Of a DNA stretch of 64,000 nt, positions 42,136 through 55,715 are shown piece by piece. The position numbers and the translations under genes were made by a program. Each line of letters starts with the position of its first letter. Position 1 is the first letter of the stretch. Under the pieces are notes generated by a model. That model had not been told where the DNA came from and did no database searches. It saw only the letters and a list, made by a program, of their open reading frames with translations. The stretch is from Octopus vulgaris (Eukaryota): contig OX597819.1 in the NCBI GenBank assembly GCA_951406725.2, positions 69,626,001-69,690,000 of the forward strand, read 5' to 3'.

Positions 42136-42138
<3 letters not shown>
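41732..42138. mobile_element. hAT-like MITE in a TA array
   Basis: 12-bp imperfect TIRs CAGGGATGCGCC / GGCACATGCCTG; subterminal TAGGCA repeats; ATATATAT on both flanks. Confidence 0.65.
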
Positions 42139-42199
<61 letters not shown>

Positions 42200-42274
42200 T
42201 ACACATATATATACATCTATATATATATATATATATATACACTCACATATATATATATATATACACACACACAG

Positions 42275-42355
<81 letters not shown>

Positions 42356-42747
42356 CTGTATAAATCCACAGCACATATAAAACCACTACTCAGTTTCTTG
42401 GTATCATGCTCTTAAGTAGATACGAGCGTGGGATAAACTTAAGTTGTACTTCTTTGTCTTGTCATAATTTCGAGGATTTGAACAATCGTTCTGCAAGTGT
42501 GAGCGGTTTGGAAAAGTGCATTTGACTTTTCTAACGCTTTCCTGGCAATGTGGTATATAAAAGTACAGACAGTTTTCTCTAGCTGGCTTGTTTTGCATTT
42601 GTATAGCCACTATCGGCATATACGGTAGACTAGCACTTTCACACAAGCACTTTGATACGTGCATACGTACATACATACATACATACATACATACATTTGT
42701 CTTCTATACATACATATACATATGCATTCATCTACACTGAATATACA

Positions 42748-42784
<37 letters not shown>

Positions 42785-42826
42785 TTTTATGTGTGTGTGT
42801 GTATATATATATGTATACATATATAC

Positions 42827-42897
<71 letters not shown>

Positions 42898-42900
<3 letters not shown>

Positions 42901-45900
42901 CCTTAAATCCTTAAAAATGTTTTAGCCCGAAGGCCGCGGCCATGCTGGGGCACCACCGCTGAATGAGCCACACTAGTTTGTGAATCCACCTCTGATACGT
43001 GGCACTTGATCAACAAGGGAGTTCGATGCTGCTGCCCGCATCCGTGTCTCCTGTCGTGAGGTAGGTTCATCTGGGACTCCCAACAAGAAGAGATCCAGTT
43101 TAGTTTTAAAGAAACCCACATCCACACCATGTAAGTCTCTCAGGCATTTAGGGAGGATGTTGAAAAGCTGTGGTCCTCTGAAACCCAAGCTGTTGCAGTA
43201 TCTGGACCTGTATTTTGATGGTGATGTTGGAATCCTTGGCACCACGCAGCGGCGCCCCGTTCTGCGGTTGGAGTAACTTTGAATGCCAAAGTTTGGGACA
43301 AGACCCTCCAGGATTTTCCAGATGTATATTACTGCATATCTCTCCCGCCTCCGCTCCAGGGAGAAGAGGTTTAATACCTTCAGTCTTTCCCAGTAGCTGA
43401 CATTTTGCATTGAGACGATTTTCTTTGTGTAGCTTCTCTGAGTTGCTTCGAGTTCTGCTGTTTGTTTTATATTGTGTGGTGACCAAAGTTGGGAGCAGTA
43501 GTCCAAGCGGCTGAGGACAAATGTTTTCCATAGGACCATCAGTGTCTCCTTCTCTCTTGTTCTGAAAGTTCGGAGAATCCATCCAGCTAGCCGTCTGCAT
43601 TTTATCACCAGATTAGCAATATGCATTTGGAAAGATGCATCATTGCTCATGTCAATGCCCAGGTCACGCACTGATTTTGACTCAGGGATTGCAATTCTTC
43701 CTGGGCCAGTGTATCCAGTCTTCACGTCATTTACCTTTGTGTGCCAGTAGCGCAGGGCCTGGAACTTACCTGCATTAAACTGCATGTTGTTGTCCTCAGC
43801 CCACCTGTATATTGTGTCCAGCTCATGTTGCAGATGCGCAATATTTTCAGGGTTCTGTATTGCGTGGGAGACCTTTGTGTCATCTGCATAGCTAGCAAGG
43901 GTGGTCATCGTAGCAACTGAAGGCATGTCTGAAAGGGCCACTATGAACATCAGTGGCCCCAAGACAGTGCCCTGTGGGACACCGCTTGTTACTTGCGTTT
44001 CCCTGGAGGTGGCTCCATTGCTCACAACTGCCTGTTTTCTGTCTTTTAGGAAGTTGTGCAGCCACTCTCCAAGTTTCCCGCCTATGCCGAGACCACGCAG
44101 TTTGTGACAGATCATACCATGGTCGACTTTATCAAAGGCTTTTGCAAAGTCAAGATATATTACATCCACATTTGAGCCATTTAGTAGCTGTTTCAACACC
44201 CAGTCATAGTGTTGCAGGAGCTGTGTTAGGCAGCCTCTACCTGGTCGAAATCCATGCTGGGTGTCAGACAGTAAGTCATTTTCTTCAAGGAACATGATTA
44301 GTTTCTTACGGACTATTCGTTCCATGACTTTGCTGATGTGTGAGGTCAGAGAGATAGGCCTATAATTTTTAGCATCTGCTCTGCTACCTCCCTTATGGAT
44401 AGGGCATATTACCCCCTCTTTCAGTTTGACTGGGAGCTTACCACTTGCAAGAAAGCTCTGAAAAAGAAGCTGTAGCGGTTTTGCAAGGGCTCGTTTGCAC
44501 AATTTGAGAAGGATCGCTGGGAATCCATCAGGTCCACCAGCTGAGTTTGTGTCAATCTCATCAATGGCTAGTGTGATATCATCTTCTTCGATGTTGATGT
44601 ACTCAATTTTTGTCTCTTTGGCCGCTGGTAAAGTGGCAAAGAATTCTTCTGGGTTGTTTACTTGCCTGTGTCCTAGAGGTGTAGTGAATACACTTTGGAA
44701 CTGTTCGTTCAGTATTTCACTTATCCTCGTGGGATTTCCTGTGAGAGAGCCATCTTTTTGGAAGAGAGGTCCTATTCTCTGGTGCACTGTGGCTGTCTCT
44801 TTGGCAAACTTAAAGAAAGCTTTAGGGTTTGATTTTATATTTTCTATTACCCAAGCTTCTTTATCTGCTCTCTCCTTTTCATGGGACTGATGTAGACTTT
44901 TCTCAGTTTCCATTAGCATTCTTTCGAGCCGAGACTTCTCACCACTTTTGGTGTGCTTGCTCAGGCGGTTTGCAATCCTTGTCCGTCGTCTCATAAGAAT
45001 CCTCCTTTCTCTAGGGATCCTGTTTTTATTCTTGTGTGTGCTGGCCCTGCACATTGGGACATATTTGTCACATATGGCTTGTATTATGGACATGAAGTGT
45101 TTGTGTTTCATGTTTATGTCCGGTGTGGAGAGACATTCAGGCCAATCCTGTTTGAGGATCTCTTTCTCAATCGACTTCCAGTTGGCTTTATGAAAGTTTA
45201 AGTTGGAGAGATGGTGGGTGCTTCGTATAGGCTGTGTGTCTGCGGGGGCTTTTGTTCCATACGTAGACAGCTCTATTATGTTGTGATCCGAGATCATTGT
45301 CGGCATCACATTAACATTATGGATAATATCCATATTGTTTGTAAAGCAGAGATCCAGTATATTATCTGCCCTTGTTGGTTGCAGAACTATTTGCTCCATG
45401 AAAGAGGTATTTGTGAGATGGAGCAGGGACTCCACCTGTGCCTGCTGATGGTGTGTCATCCCTGGGAGCATCTGCCCCCAGGCCATTCCACATTGGGGAG
45501 GTTAAAGTCACCCATGAAGAATACACTGTTGTGCTGTTCAAGGTTGGTGAGGACTTCTCCTATTTTTGTTAGGCAGTCTTCAAACATGCCTGAGTGTTTT
45601 GGGGCGTCTGGTGGGCGATATGTAGTGCATATGACGATATTCAGTTGTCTTATGTGTACAATTTGAGTTTCACATACTGAGTTTGAATATGACAGCAGGA
45701 CCTGGGGCGTGAGGTCATCTCGGATGTACATTGCAACTCCACCATGGCTCCTCCCTTTTCTATCTGTGCGTATGACTGCATATTGCGGCATGTGTATTTC
45801 TGCATCACCTATATCGGGTTCAAGATGCGTTTCTGTGAGTGCCATGCATATAGCTTGATTGCATGTCACAAGGTCTCTCAGGAATGAAATTTTCTTTTTA

Positions 45901-46112
45901 CAGTTTCCGCGCAGCAGCCCTCCTACATTCAGTAGAAATATTTTTGTGGTGTGTGTGTTGGTGTTGGTGTCTGTGGTGGCCATCCTGCATCTGTTGGAGG
46001 TGGCCTTATGTGGTGGTAGTTCCAGCTTTGTGCTTGTAGCCAGGTCAGCTGCTGAACAATTTTTTGTGCCATGCACAAAAAAGACTGCTGTTCAGCTGCC
46101 GCCCTTCTCACA
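42898..46112 (-). mobile_element. CR1-group LINE, truncated in ORF1, with near-intact ORF2
   Basis: APE endonuclease plus RT, short 3' UTR with a stem-loop, and (TAAGGATT)-type terminal repeats. TA arrays on both flanks. Confidence 0.95.
42973..45983 (-). CDS. LINE ORF2 (APE endonuclease plus reverse transcriptase), one frameshift at ~45475-45479
   Basis: EN motifs: LLNVGGL, LTETHL, GGVAMY, YRPP, MGDFN, LDL, SDHN. RT motifs: NYRPISLTS, QHGFRPGR, YLDFAKAFDKV, SGVPQGTVLGP, YADD. Confidence 0.9.
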
Positions 46113-46812
46113 TCATATATATATATATACATACATGCATGTATTTGTATATGTATGTCAGCATATATCTATGCATATTTATCTGCGTATGCACACTCAC
46201 ACACACACATATATATATATAAATATATACATATATATATATATTTATTTATTGTATATATTATATGTATATATATATATATGTCTGTGTGTATTATGTA
46301 TGTGTATGTATGTGTGTGGGCTTGAATATGCATATGAGAGAGAAAGAGAGGGAGAGAAAGCGAGAATAAAGGCGAAAGGGAAGAGTTCTAAGACTTACAC
46401 AGAGATGGATGAGTGGTTAATAATTATTATTAGTAGTGATATAAATATATAAAGGTCAGTAGCATGTAACACATTAATGTTCATAATTAACCGATGACAG
46501 TTGGTATATTTGTTAGGCTATGATGGCGCTTTGGCATCGGCTTCTTAGATATGAACGTAATTCTTCCAACCTCGCTACAACTGTCACATTTTCTTCTCGT
46601 TAATTTAATTTATACCCTATTCATTCCGCTAGAATGCCTGTACCATCTTTGAACCGGCAGATTCATAACATTTCCTTATCAATAGCATATGAGAGAGTGC
46701 TCCATCTACCAATCGAATATGGATGCTCTTTAAAGAGGATTCTTAATACTCGGATACGCGCTGCTATGTGGTCATTTATGTATAAATTATATATAGGCGG
46801 TGAGGTATGTGT

Positions 46813-46857
<45 letters not shown>

Positions 46858-47071
46858 TGTGTGTGTCTATTAGTATATCTTGGCGATGTCCGGTTGTTCA
46901 TTACAAGCAACTAAAACATGCTGACTGAAATTTATCTCTTCATGAATATGCATTTATACGTTCAGGAAAATGTACTTATACACGCATCGAAATATGTTTA
47001 GACTAGCATGACGAGGCACTTATACACATGAACATGTGCTTATACAAACGATTAACGTGTAGAAAATGCAC

Positions 47072-47230
47072 CGAGCGTGGCTCTGTGACAAGAAGCTTGC
47101 TTCTGAACCACATAGTTCTGGGTTCAGTTCCACTGCGTGCCACCCTGGGCAAGTGTTTTCTACTATAGCCTCGGGGACCAATCAAGGCCTTGTCAGTGGA
47201 TTTGATTGACGGAAACTAAAAGAAGTCTGT

Positions 47231-47235
<5 letters not shown>
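47072..47235 (+). mobile_element. SINE family A, 5' half
   Basis: GCGTGGCTCTGTGACAAGAAGCTTGC...CCCTGGGCAAGTG...GACGGAAACTAAAAGAAG. Confidence 0.8.
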
Positions 47236-47279
<44 letters not shown>

Positions 47280-47281
<2 letters not shown>

Positions 47282-47522
47282 GACTGGGCTGTGTGTTGTG
47301 TTCTTGAGCAAGAGACTTTATTTCACGTTGCTCCGTCACTGGTGCCACGCTGTATTGGCCCCTTTGCTTTTCCCTTGGATAACATCGGTGGTATAGAGAG
47401 GGGAGGCTGGTATGCATGGGCGACTGCTGGCCTTCCACAAACAACCATGCCCGGACTTGTGCGTCGAGGGTAACATTCTAGGTGCAATCCCATGGTCAGT
47501 CATGACCGAAGGGGGTTTCCTT
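47280..47522 (+). mobile_element. SINE family D, 5'-truncated
   Basis: Matches 27975-28240. Confidence 0.8.
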
Positions 47523-47524
47523 TC

Positions 47525-47569
<45 letters not shown>

Positions 47570-48754
47570 AGTGGCTATGTGGTAAGAAGCTTGCCTCCCA
47601 ACCACATGTTTCCGGATTCAGTTCTACTGCGTGGAAGCTTGGGCAAGTGTCTTCTATTATGACCTCGAGCCAATCAAGTCCTTTGTGAGTGGTTTCGGCG
47701 GATGGAAACTGAAAGCAGCTCATCATATATGTATATATTTGGGATGTGTCGGTGTGGGTGTGTAGGTGCATATGTTGTGTGGCTATGTGGGTGGTTATTT
47801 TGTGTGTTTGTCCTTCCAGCCCTGCTTTAGAACGAGTGACGGTATGCTTACGTCCCATAGTTTAGCAGTTCTGCAAAAGGCACCGATAAATAAGCCCTAT
47901 AGAATAATATACAATAACTCAGAATTAGTCACTGACCGTCTGCAAATAAGCGCGCGCATTTTCTGGTATTATAAGCAACCTAACCGTATAGAATTTCGAC
48001 ATAAGGCGAAATTAGGAAGCTACTTCGTAGTAATGACTGTGATTAAGATGTTCGCTTTACAAGCACGTGACTTCGAGTTCAAATCACTGCGTGGCATCAT
48101 GATCAAGTGCCCTCTGATATAGACTCGAATCGACGAGAGCCTTGTGAGTAGACACGGTATATATGTATGCGTATGTATATGTATGTATGTATATATGTAT
48201 GTATTCATGGGAAGGTGCGTGGTTCAGTGGTTAGAGCATCAGTTTCACAATCATGAGGTAGTAAGTTCAATTCCCGGACCAGGCTGTGTATCGTGTTCTT
48301 GAGCAAGACTCTTTATTTCCACGTTGTTCTAGTTCACTCAGCGATATACATGAATTGTTTTGCTGTTTCTATTAGACTTTCTTCGCAAAGAAAAACGCAT
48401 TCAGAAGTTCTAAGACTAGCTACATTGACCAATTCCTGCTTCCAAATATTACTACAACTTCTGCAAAAAACTCGCGTTCCCGTAGAAGCTGATCAATTCC
48501 ATCACATGTTAATGGGAACCTGCTTTAGTCAGTTCTGTCGTCGCAGGTCAAGCTTTCGGTAACTAAAGCTGGCACGAAATGGACTTTATTCTTTCTCTTT
48601 CCGTCAACCAAATCCATAGTAGAAACCCTTGCACATTTTTCTAAATCCGCAACCTGGGGCTCAAACTGCAACGCTGTGGTTGAAAACAAAAAGCTTACCA
48701 CACAGTTACTCTTGCGCCTACTCTTGAGCATAATATATCATACATTGGTTTATA

Positions 48755-49155
48755 ATCTTGGCACAAAGCCCGAAAGTTTAGGGAAGCGGGTTAATCGTTC
48801 ACATCGACCTCAGTATTCGACTGATATTTATTTTATCAGCCCCGAAAGGACAAAAATACATAAGTGACCTCGGCGGAATTTGAACTCAGAACGTGACGTG
48901 CGACGAAACACCGCTAAGAATTTTGCCCGGTCTGCTAACGATTCAGCCAGCTCAGCAACCTTATATATTCTTTTCTACTCTAGGCACAAGGCCCGAAATT
49001 TTGCGGGAGGGGGCCAGTCGATTAGATCGATCCTAGTTCTCAGCTGGTACTTAATTTATCGACCCCGGAAGGAGGAAGGACAAAGTAAACCTCAGCATAT
49101 TTTGAACTCAGAACATAAAGACAGACGAAATACCGCTAAGCATTTCGCACAGCGC
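48755..49155 (-). mobile_element. Two SINE family B copies
   Basis: GGCACAA.GCCCGAAA...GGAATTTGAACTCAGAAC occurs twice. Confidence 0.8.
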
Positions 49156-49994
49156 AATATTTTAAATATTGAGAGGACAAAATTGAGGGTGAGCGCGTGT
49201 CCTATCTGTGTGTGTGTTTGTGAGTGTGTGGGTGTATGTGTGTGTGTGTGTTTGTGTGTGTGAGTGTGACTTCTATAATATGATATCTACACGGAGATTA
49301 ATTTTCTTTCCATATTTGTTACTTTAAAATATTTTATTTTATTTTATTTTAAAGCGTTGAAAATGTATATCCATTCCATCAAACATAAGTGCAAAGGAAT
49401 TTGATACATATTAAATTATATTAAATTATAATTATTAAATGTATGCCACATTTCATATTTCCTCAAATAGGTGCGAGTGTGGCTGAGTGGTAAGAAGCTT
49501 GCTTCCAAACAACTAGGTTCCGGGTTCAGAACCACTACGTGAAACCTTCAGTAAATATCTTCTACTATTGCTTTGTGCAGACCAAAGCCTTTTCGGTGGA
49601 TTTGGTAGACGGAAATTGAAAGAAGACCGTAGTATATCTATGCGAGTGTGTGTGTATGTGTGTATCGGTTACATCGACTCCGGTGCTCAACTGGTACTTA
49701 TTTTATCGACCCCGAAACGATGAAATGCGATGACGGCCTCGTTGGAATTTGAACTCCGTACGCAAAGACGGCGAATCCTTCTACTCGCTGCCTTTCCTAA
49801 GGTAGCCCTTTGATGTACAGATTCGACTCATTTTTGCCAGCTGAGCGGGACTGGAGCAACGTGAAATAAAATGTCTTGCTCAAAGACACAACGAACCGCC
49901 GGGAATCGAAATCATGACCGTACGATCTAGAGCCTAATACCCCTTAACCACAACACCAGGCACCTTCACGCCCACGTGTTTATAATAGTTCTAT

Positions 49995-50175
49995 TAACAG
50001 AGTGACCTTGTAATTGCCCAAGCTCGAAATGCAGAGAAATATACGAAACCGCTTATTACAGAGTTAACCACTACGCCATATGCCCACGAGCATATGGTAT
50101 AGTGGTTAAGAGCGCGGGCTACTAAACCCAAGATTCTGAGTTCGATCCCAGGCAGTGACCCGAATAATAATAATG

Positions 50176-50266
<91 letters not shown>

Positions 50267-50456
50267 TAATAATAATAATGATAATAATAACAACAACAAC
50301 AACAATATCGAAAAATAACTTAGGGATGAGAACCGAGGTTAGAAATTTCCCCAAGACACCTGATGAAGGCCGGAGGGTACATCAGCCGAAACGTTGTGTT
50401 AACAACAAACAAGAAGAGGACAAATATCCGTCAAATGTAAATAATGTAAATAATGC
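49995..50456 (+). mobile_element. tRNA-head + (AAT)n + hammerhead-tail element (second assembly copy at ~52996-53450)
   Basis: A-box TGGTATAGTGG, B-box GAGTTCGATCC, (AAT)n, hammerhead core, terminal (ATGTAAATA) repeats. Confidence 0.75.
50355..50400 (+). ncRNA. Minimal type I hammerhead ribozyme motif (Penelope-type)
   Basis: GACAC-CTGATGA-A-GGCCG..CAGCC-GAAA-CGTT-GTGTT: stem I GACAC/GTGTT, stem II, palindromic ACGT stem III. Duplicate at 53353-53398. Confidence 0.75.
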
Positions 50457-50570
50457 GTTTATTACAAATTCAGATTCTGGTGCCAAATTGGTGGGATTTT
50501 GTCGATGCCGAAAACGACAAGAAGAAAATTTAGTTCTCATGAGCACAATTTGGTGGGGCAAATTTATCGA

Positions 50571-50670
50571 NNNNNNNNNNNNNNNNNNNNNNNNNNNNNN
50601 NNNNNNNNNNNNNNNNNNNNNNNNNNNNNNNNNNNNNNNNNNNNNNNNNNNNNNNNNNNNNNNNNNNNNN
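50571..50670. other. Assembly gap (100 N)
   Basis: Run of N. Confidence 1.
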
Positions 50671-52217
50671 TCAAGTCCTTTGTGAGTGGTTTCGGCGGAT
50701 GGAAACTGAAAGCAGCTCATCATATATGTATATATTTGGGATGTGTCGGTGTGGGTGTGTAGGTGCATATGTTGTGTGGCTATGTGGGTGGTTATTTTGT
50801 GTGTTTGTCCTTCCAGCCCTGCTTTAGAACGAGTGACGGTATGCTTACGTCCCATAGTTTAGCAGTTCTGCAAAAGGCACCGATAAATAAGCCCTATAGA
50901 ATAATATACAATAACTCAGAATTAGTCACTGACCGTCTGCAAATAAGCGCGCGCATTTTCTGGTATTATAAGCAACCTAACCGTATAGAATTTCGACATA
51001 AGGCGAAATTAGGAAGCTACTTCGTAGTAATGACTGTGATTAAGATGTTCGCTTTACAAGCACGTGACTTCGAGTTCAAATCACTGCGTGGCATCATGAT
51101 CAAGTGCCCTCTGATATAGACTCGAATCGACGAGAGCCTTGTGAGTAGACACGGTATATATGTATGCGTATGTATATGTATGTATGTATATATGTATGTA
51201 TTCATGGGAAGGTGCGTGGTTCAGTGGTTAGAGCATCAGTTTCACAATCATGAGGTAGTAAGTTCAATTCCCGGACCAGGCTGTGTATCGTGTTCTTGAG
51301 CAAGACTCTTTATTTCCACGTTGTTCTAGTTCACTCAGCGATATACATGAATTGTTTTGCTGTTTCTATTAGACTTTCTTCGCAAAACAAAACGCATTCA
51401 GAAGTTCTAAGACTAGCTACATTGACCAATTCCTGCTTCCAAATATTACTACAACTTCTGCAAAAAACTCGCGTTCCCGTAGAAGCTGATCAATTCCATC
51501 ACATGTTAATGGGAACCTGCTTTAGTCAGTTCTGTCGTCGCAGGTCAAGCTTTCGGTAACTAAAGCTGGCACGAAATGGACTTTATTCTTTCTCTTTCCG
51601 TCAACCAAATCCATAGTAGAAACCCTTGCACATTTTTCTAAATCCGCAACCTGGGGCTCAAACTGCAACGCTGTGGTTGAAAACAAAAAGCTTACCACAC
51701 AGTTACTCTTGCGCCTACTCTTGAGCATAATATATCATACATTGGTTTATAATCTTGGCACAAAGCCCGAAAGTTTAGGGAAGCGGGTTAATCGTTCACA
51801 TCGACCTCAGTATTCGACTGATATTTATTTTATCAGCCCCGAAAGGACAAAAATACATAAGTGACCTCGGCGGAATTTGAACTCAGAACGTGACGTGCGA
51901 CGAAACACCGCTAAGAATTTTGCCCGGTCTGCTAACGATTCAGCCAGCTCAGCAACCTTATATATTCTTTTCTACTCTAGGCACAAGGCCCGAAATTTTG
52001 CGGGAGGGGGCCAGTCGATTAGATCGATCCTAGTTCTCAGCTGGTACTTAATTTATCGACCCCGGAAGGAGGAAGGACAAAGTAAACCTCAGCATATTTT
52101 GAACTCAGAACATAAAGACAGACGAAATACCGCTAAGCATTTCGCACAGCGCAATATTTTAAATATTGAGAGGACAAAATTGAGGGTGAGCGCGTGTCCT
52201 ATCTGTGTGTGTGTGTT

Positions 52218-52255
<38 letters not shown>

Positions 52256-53176
52256 TGTGTGTGAGTGTGACTTCTATAATATGATATCTACACGGAGATT
52301 AATTTTCTTTCCATATTTGTTACTTTAAAATATTTTATTTTATTTTATTTTAAAGCGTTGAAAATGTATATCCATTCCATCAAACATAAGTGCAAAGGAA
52401 TTTGATACATATTAAATTATATTAAATTATAATTATTAAATGTATGCCACATTTCATATTTCCTCAAATAGGTGCGAGTGTGGCTGAGTGGTAAGAATCT
52501 TGCTTCCAAACAACTAGGTTCCGGGTTCAGAACCACTACGTGAAACCTTCAGTAAATATCTTCTACTATTGCTTTGTGCAGACCAAAGCCTTTTCGGTGG
52601 ATTTGGTAGACGGAAATTGAAAGAAGACCGTAGTATATCTATGCGAGTGTGTGTGTATGTGTGTATCGGTTACATCGACTCCGGTGCTCAACCGGTACTT
52701 ATTTTATCGACCCCGAAACGATGAAATGCGATGACGGCCTCGTTGGAATTTGAACTCCGTACGCAAAGACGGCGAATCCTGTCTACTCGCTGCCTTTCCT
52801 AAGGTAGCCCTTTGATGTACAGATTCGACTCATTTTTGCCAGCTGAGCGGGACTGGAGCAACGTGAAATAAAATGTCTTGCTCAAAGACAAAACGAACCG
52901 CCGGGAATCGAAATCATGACCGTAGGATCTAGAGCCTAATACCCCTTAACCACAACACCAGGCACCTTCACGCCCACGTGTTTATAATAGTTCTATTAAC
53001 AGAGTGACATTGTAATTGCCCAAGCTCGAAATGCAGAGAAATATACGAAACCGCTTATTACACAGTTAACCACTACGCCATATGCCCACGAGCATATGGT
53101 ATAGTGGTTAAGAGCGCGGGCTACTAAACCCAAGATTCTGAGTTCGATCCCAGGCAGTGACCGAATAATAATAATG

Positions 53177-53264
<88 letters not shown>

Positions 53265-53631
53265 TAATAATAATAATGATAATAATAACAACAACAACAA
53301 CAATATCGAAAAATAACTTAGGGATGAGAACCGAGGTTAGAAATTTCCCCAAGACACCTGATGAAGGCCGGAGGGTACATCAGCCGAAACGTTGTGTTAA
53401 CAACAAACAAGAGGACAAATATCCGTCAAATGTAAATAATGTAAATAATGCGTTTATTACAAATTCAGATTCTGGTGCCAAATTGGTGGGATTTTGTCGA
53501 TGCCGAAAACGACAAGAAGAAAATTTAGTTCTCATGAGCACAATTTGGTGGGGCAAATTTATCGATTGTGCTGAGGCTTACGAATTTTGAACTCGTGCGT
53601 ATGAAAAGAGCATTATCATCTATATGAATAT

Positions 53632-54030
53632 TCTTTTCTACTCTAGACACAAAGCCCGAAATTTCGTGGGAGGGGGCAAGCCGATTAAATCGACCTCTGT
53701 ACGCAACTGGTACTTAATTTATCGGCCACGACAGGATGAAAGGCAAAGTTGACCTCGGCGGAATTTGAACTCAGAACGTAAAGACACCCGAAATACCTAT
53801 TTCTTTACTACTCACAAGGGGCTAAACTCAGAGGAGACGAACAACGACAGACAAACGGATTAACTCGATTATATCGACTCCAGTACGTAACTGGTACTTA
53901 TTTAATCGACCCCGAAAGGATGAAAGGCAAAGTCTACCTCGGCGGAATTTGAACTCAGAACGTAGCGGCAGACGAAATACTGCTAAGCATTTCGCCCGGC
54001 ATGCAAACGTTTCTGCAAGCTCGTCGCCTT
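53632..54030 (-). mobile_element. Tandem or nested SINE family B copies
   Basis: Same two-unit arrangement as 36197-36531. Confidence 0.85.
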
Positions 54031-54044
54031 CATCTATATAAATA

Positions 54045-54203
54045 TTATCATTATACCCACTACTACTTTCATCATCATAATCATCATCATATTTGACATC
54101 ACTATCAGTACTATTAACATCATCCTTATCATCATCACCATCATTAGTATCATCATCATCCACGTTAAGCCATCATTATATCTATTATCTTATTACCGTC
54201 ATC

Positions 54204-54241
<38 letters not shown>

Positions 54242-54492
54242 TATCATCATCATCATCGTCACCACCACTATCATCAACATCATCCACAACAACAGAAGTG
54301 GCTCCATCATCACCAATATTCCATTATGACCATCACACTTATCATCACTTCCCTCAGCACTATTATCACTATCACCATCATCTTCATTATGATCAACACC
54401 GTCAGCAAGAACATCCTCATCATCATCATCATCATCACCGCCACCACCACCACCACCACCATCTTCATCATTACCATTATCATTATCACAAT
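54045..54492 (+). repeat. Degenerate (CAT)/(CAC) trinucleotide low-complexity tract
   Basis: Directly visible. Confidence 0.9.
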
Positions 54493-55454
54493 GAAACACC
54501 ATTCTCTTATTTCTTTTTTCTTTTTCTTCTTTTCTTTTTTTTGTTTTTGTATTTTTTTTTTCGTTTTTGTTTTACACAGTCAGTAATCTAATTGATATCC
54601 AGGATTATAATTAAAAGTTATAACAGAAATCATAAAATTACAACCAAAATTTCTAAATAATTTTAAATAATTTTATAAAAAAAAAATTAAAATGTCCCTG
54701 AAATAGATTTTTCCCAACGAAATTTTGACATATTTGATCCATCTTCAACTTAGAAAAAAGTTATGTTCGGTTAATTCCGGTTTCTTACATTTGCATCTAA
54801 TTTGATTTCGTTTTGCTTTTTTTAATTTTCTTTCAGTTTTTTTTATATATTTGTTGGTTCTTTTCCTTTGTTTTGTGGCTTTTTATTCCTTTTTTTTTGT
54901 CTGTTGGCTTTTATCTTTTCGTTCCTTCGCTCGTTCGTACCAAAGAAAATAAAATAAAAAAATTATAAAACGATGAAATAAAATATAAAGAAGAACCCTT
55001 AATGCTTAATGGCGTCTAATGGCTTCAATGATCCGCCATTTTTGAAAATGTCCATACATTTATATATTTCATTAGGTGCACTTAGAAGTAGAAGAACAAC
55101 AACGATTTGCGATAACAACAACAACAGCTACTACAACAAAAAGAATATGACGCTCAAGATGATGATGATTAAGATGATGATCATGATAATCAGAATGATG
55201 ATCATGGTCATGATGATGATGGTGATGGTGGTAGTGGTGGTGATGGAACTGGAAGTGGTGTACATGATGTTGAAGATGATAACTAACATCAACAGCATCA
55301 TCATCATCTACAACAGCAGCTACTAATACAAGAAGTAAAACACGATGAGGACGATGATGTTGATGATGATGATGGTAGTGGTGCTGCTACTAGTGGTGGT
55401 GGTAGTGGTGTTGGTGGTGATGGTGATGACGGTAACTGATATCAATACCATCAA

Positions 55455-55715
<261 letters not shown>

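Larger units (their letters stand above)
47674..53565 (+). other. 2.9-kb near-identical duplication (47674-50570 vs 50671-53565) across a 100-N gap; probable allelic-overlap assembly artefact
   Basis: Copies differ only by scattered SNPs and microsatellite lengths; breakpoints coincide with the gap edges. Confidence 0.9.

Noticed and set aside
45470-45490. Programmed -1 frameshift between EN and RT
   Set aside because: No canonical slippery heptamer, and CR1 ORF2 is normally continuous. A 1-bp indel is simpler.
43148-45666. Alternative-frame and antisense ORFs inside the LINE
   Set aside because: Shadow ORFs of the RT coding sequence.
48254-48267. TGAGGTAGTAAGTT resembling let-7/miR-98
   Set aside because: It lies in the tRNA-like head of SINE D and has no precursor hairpin.
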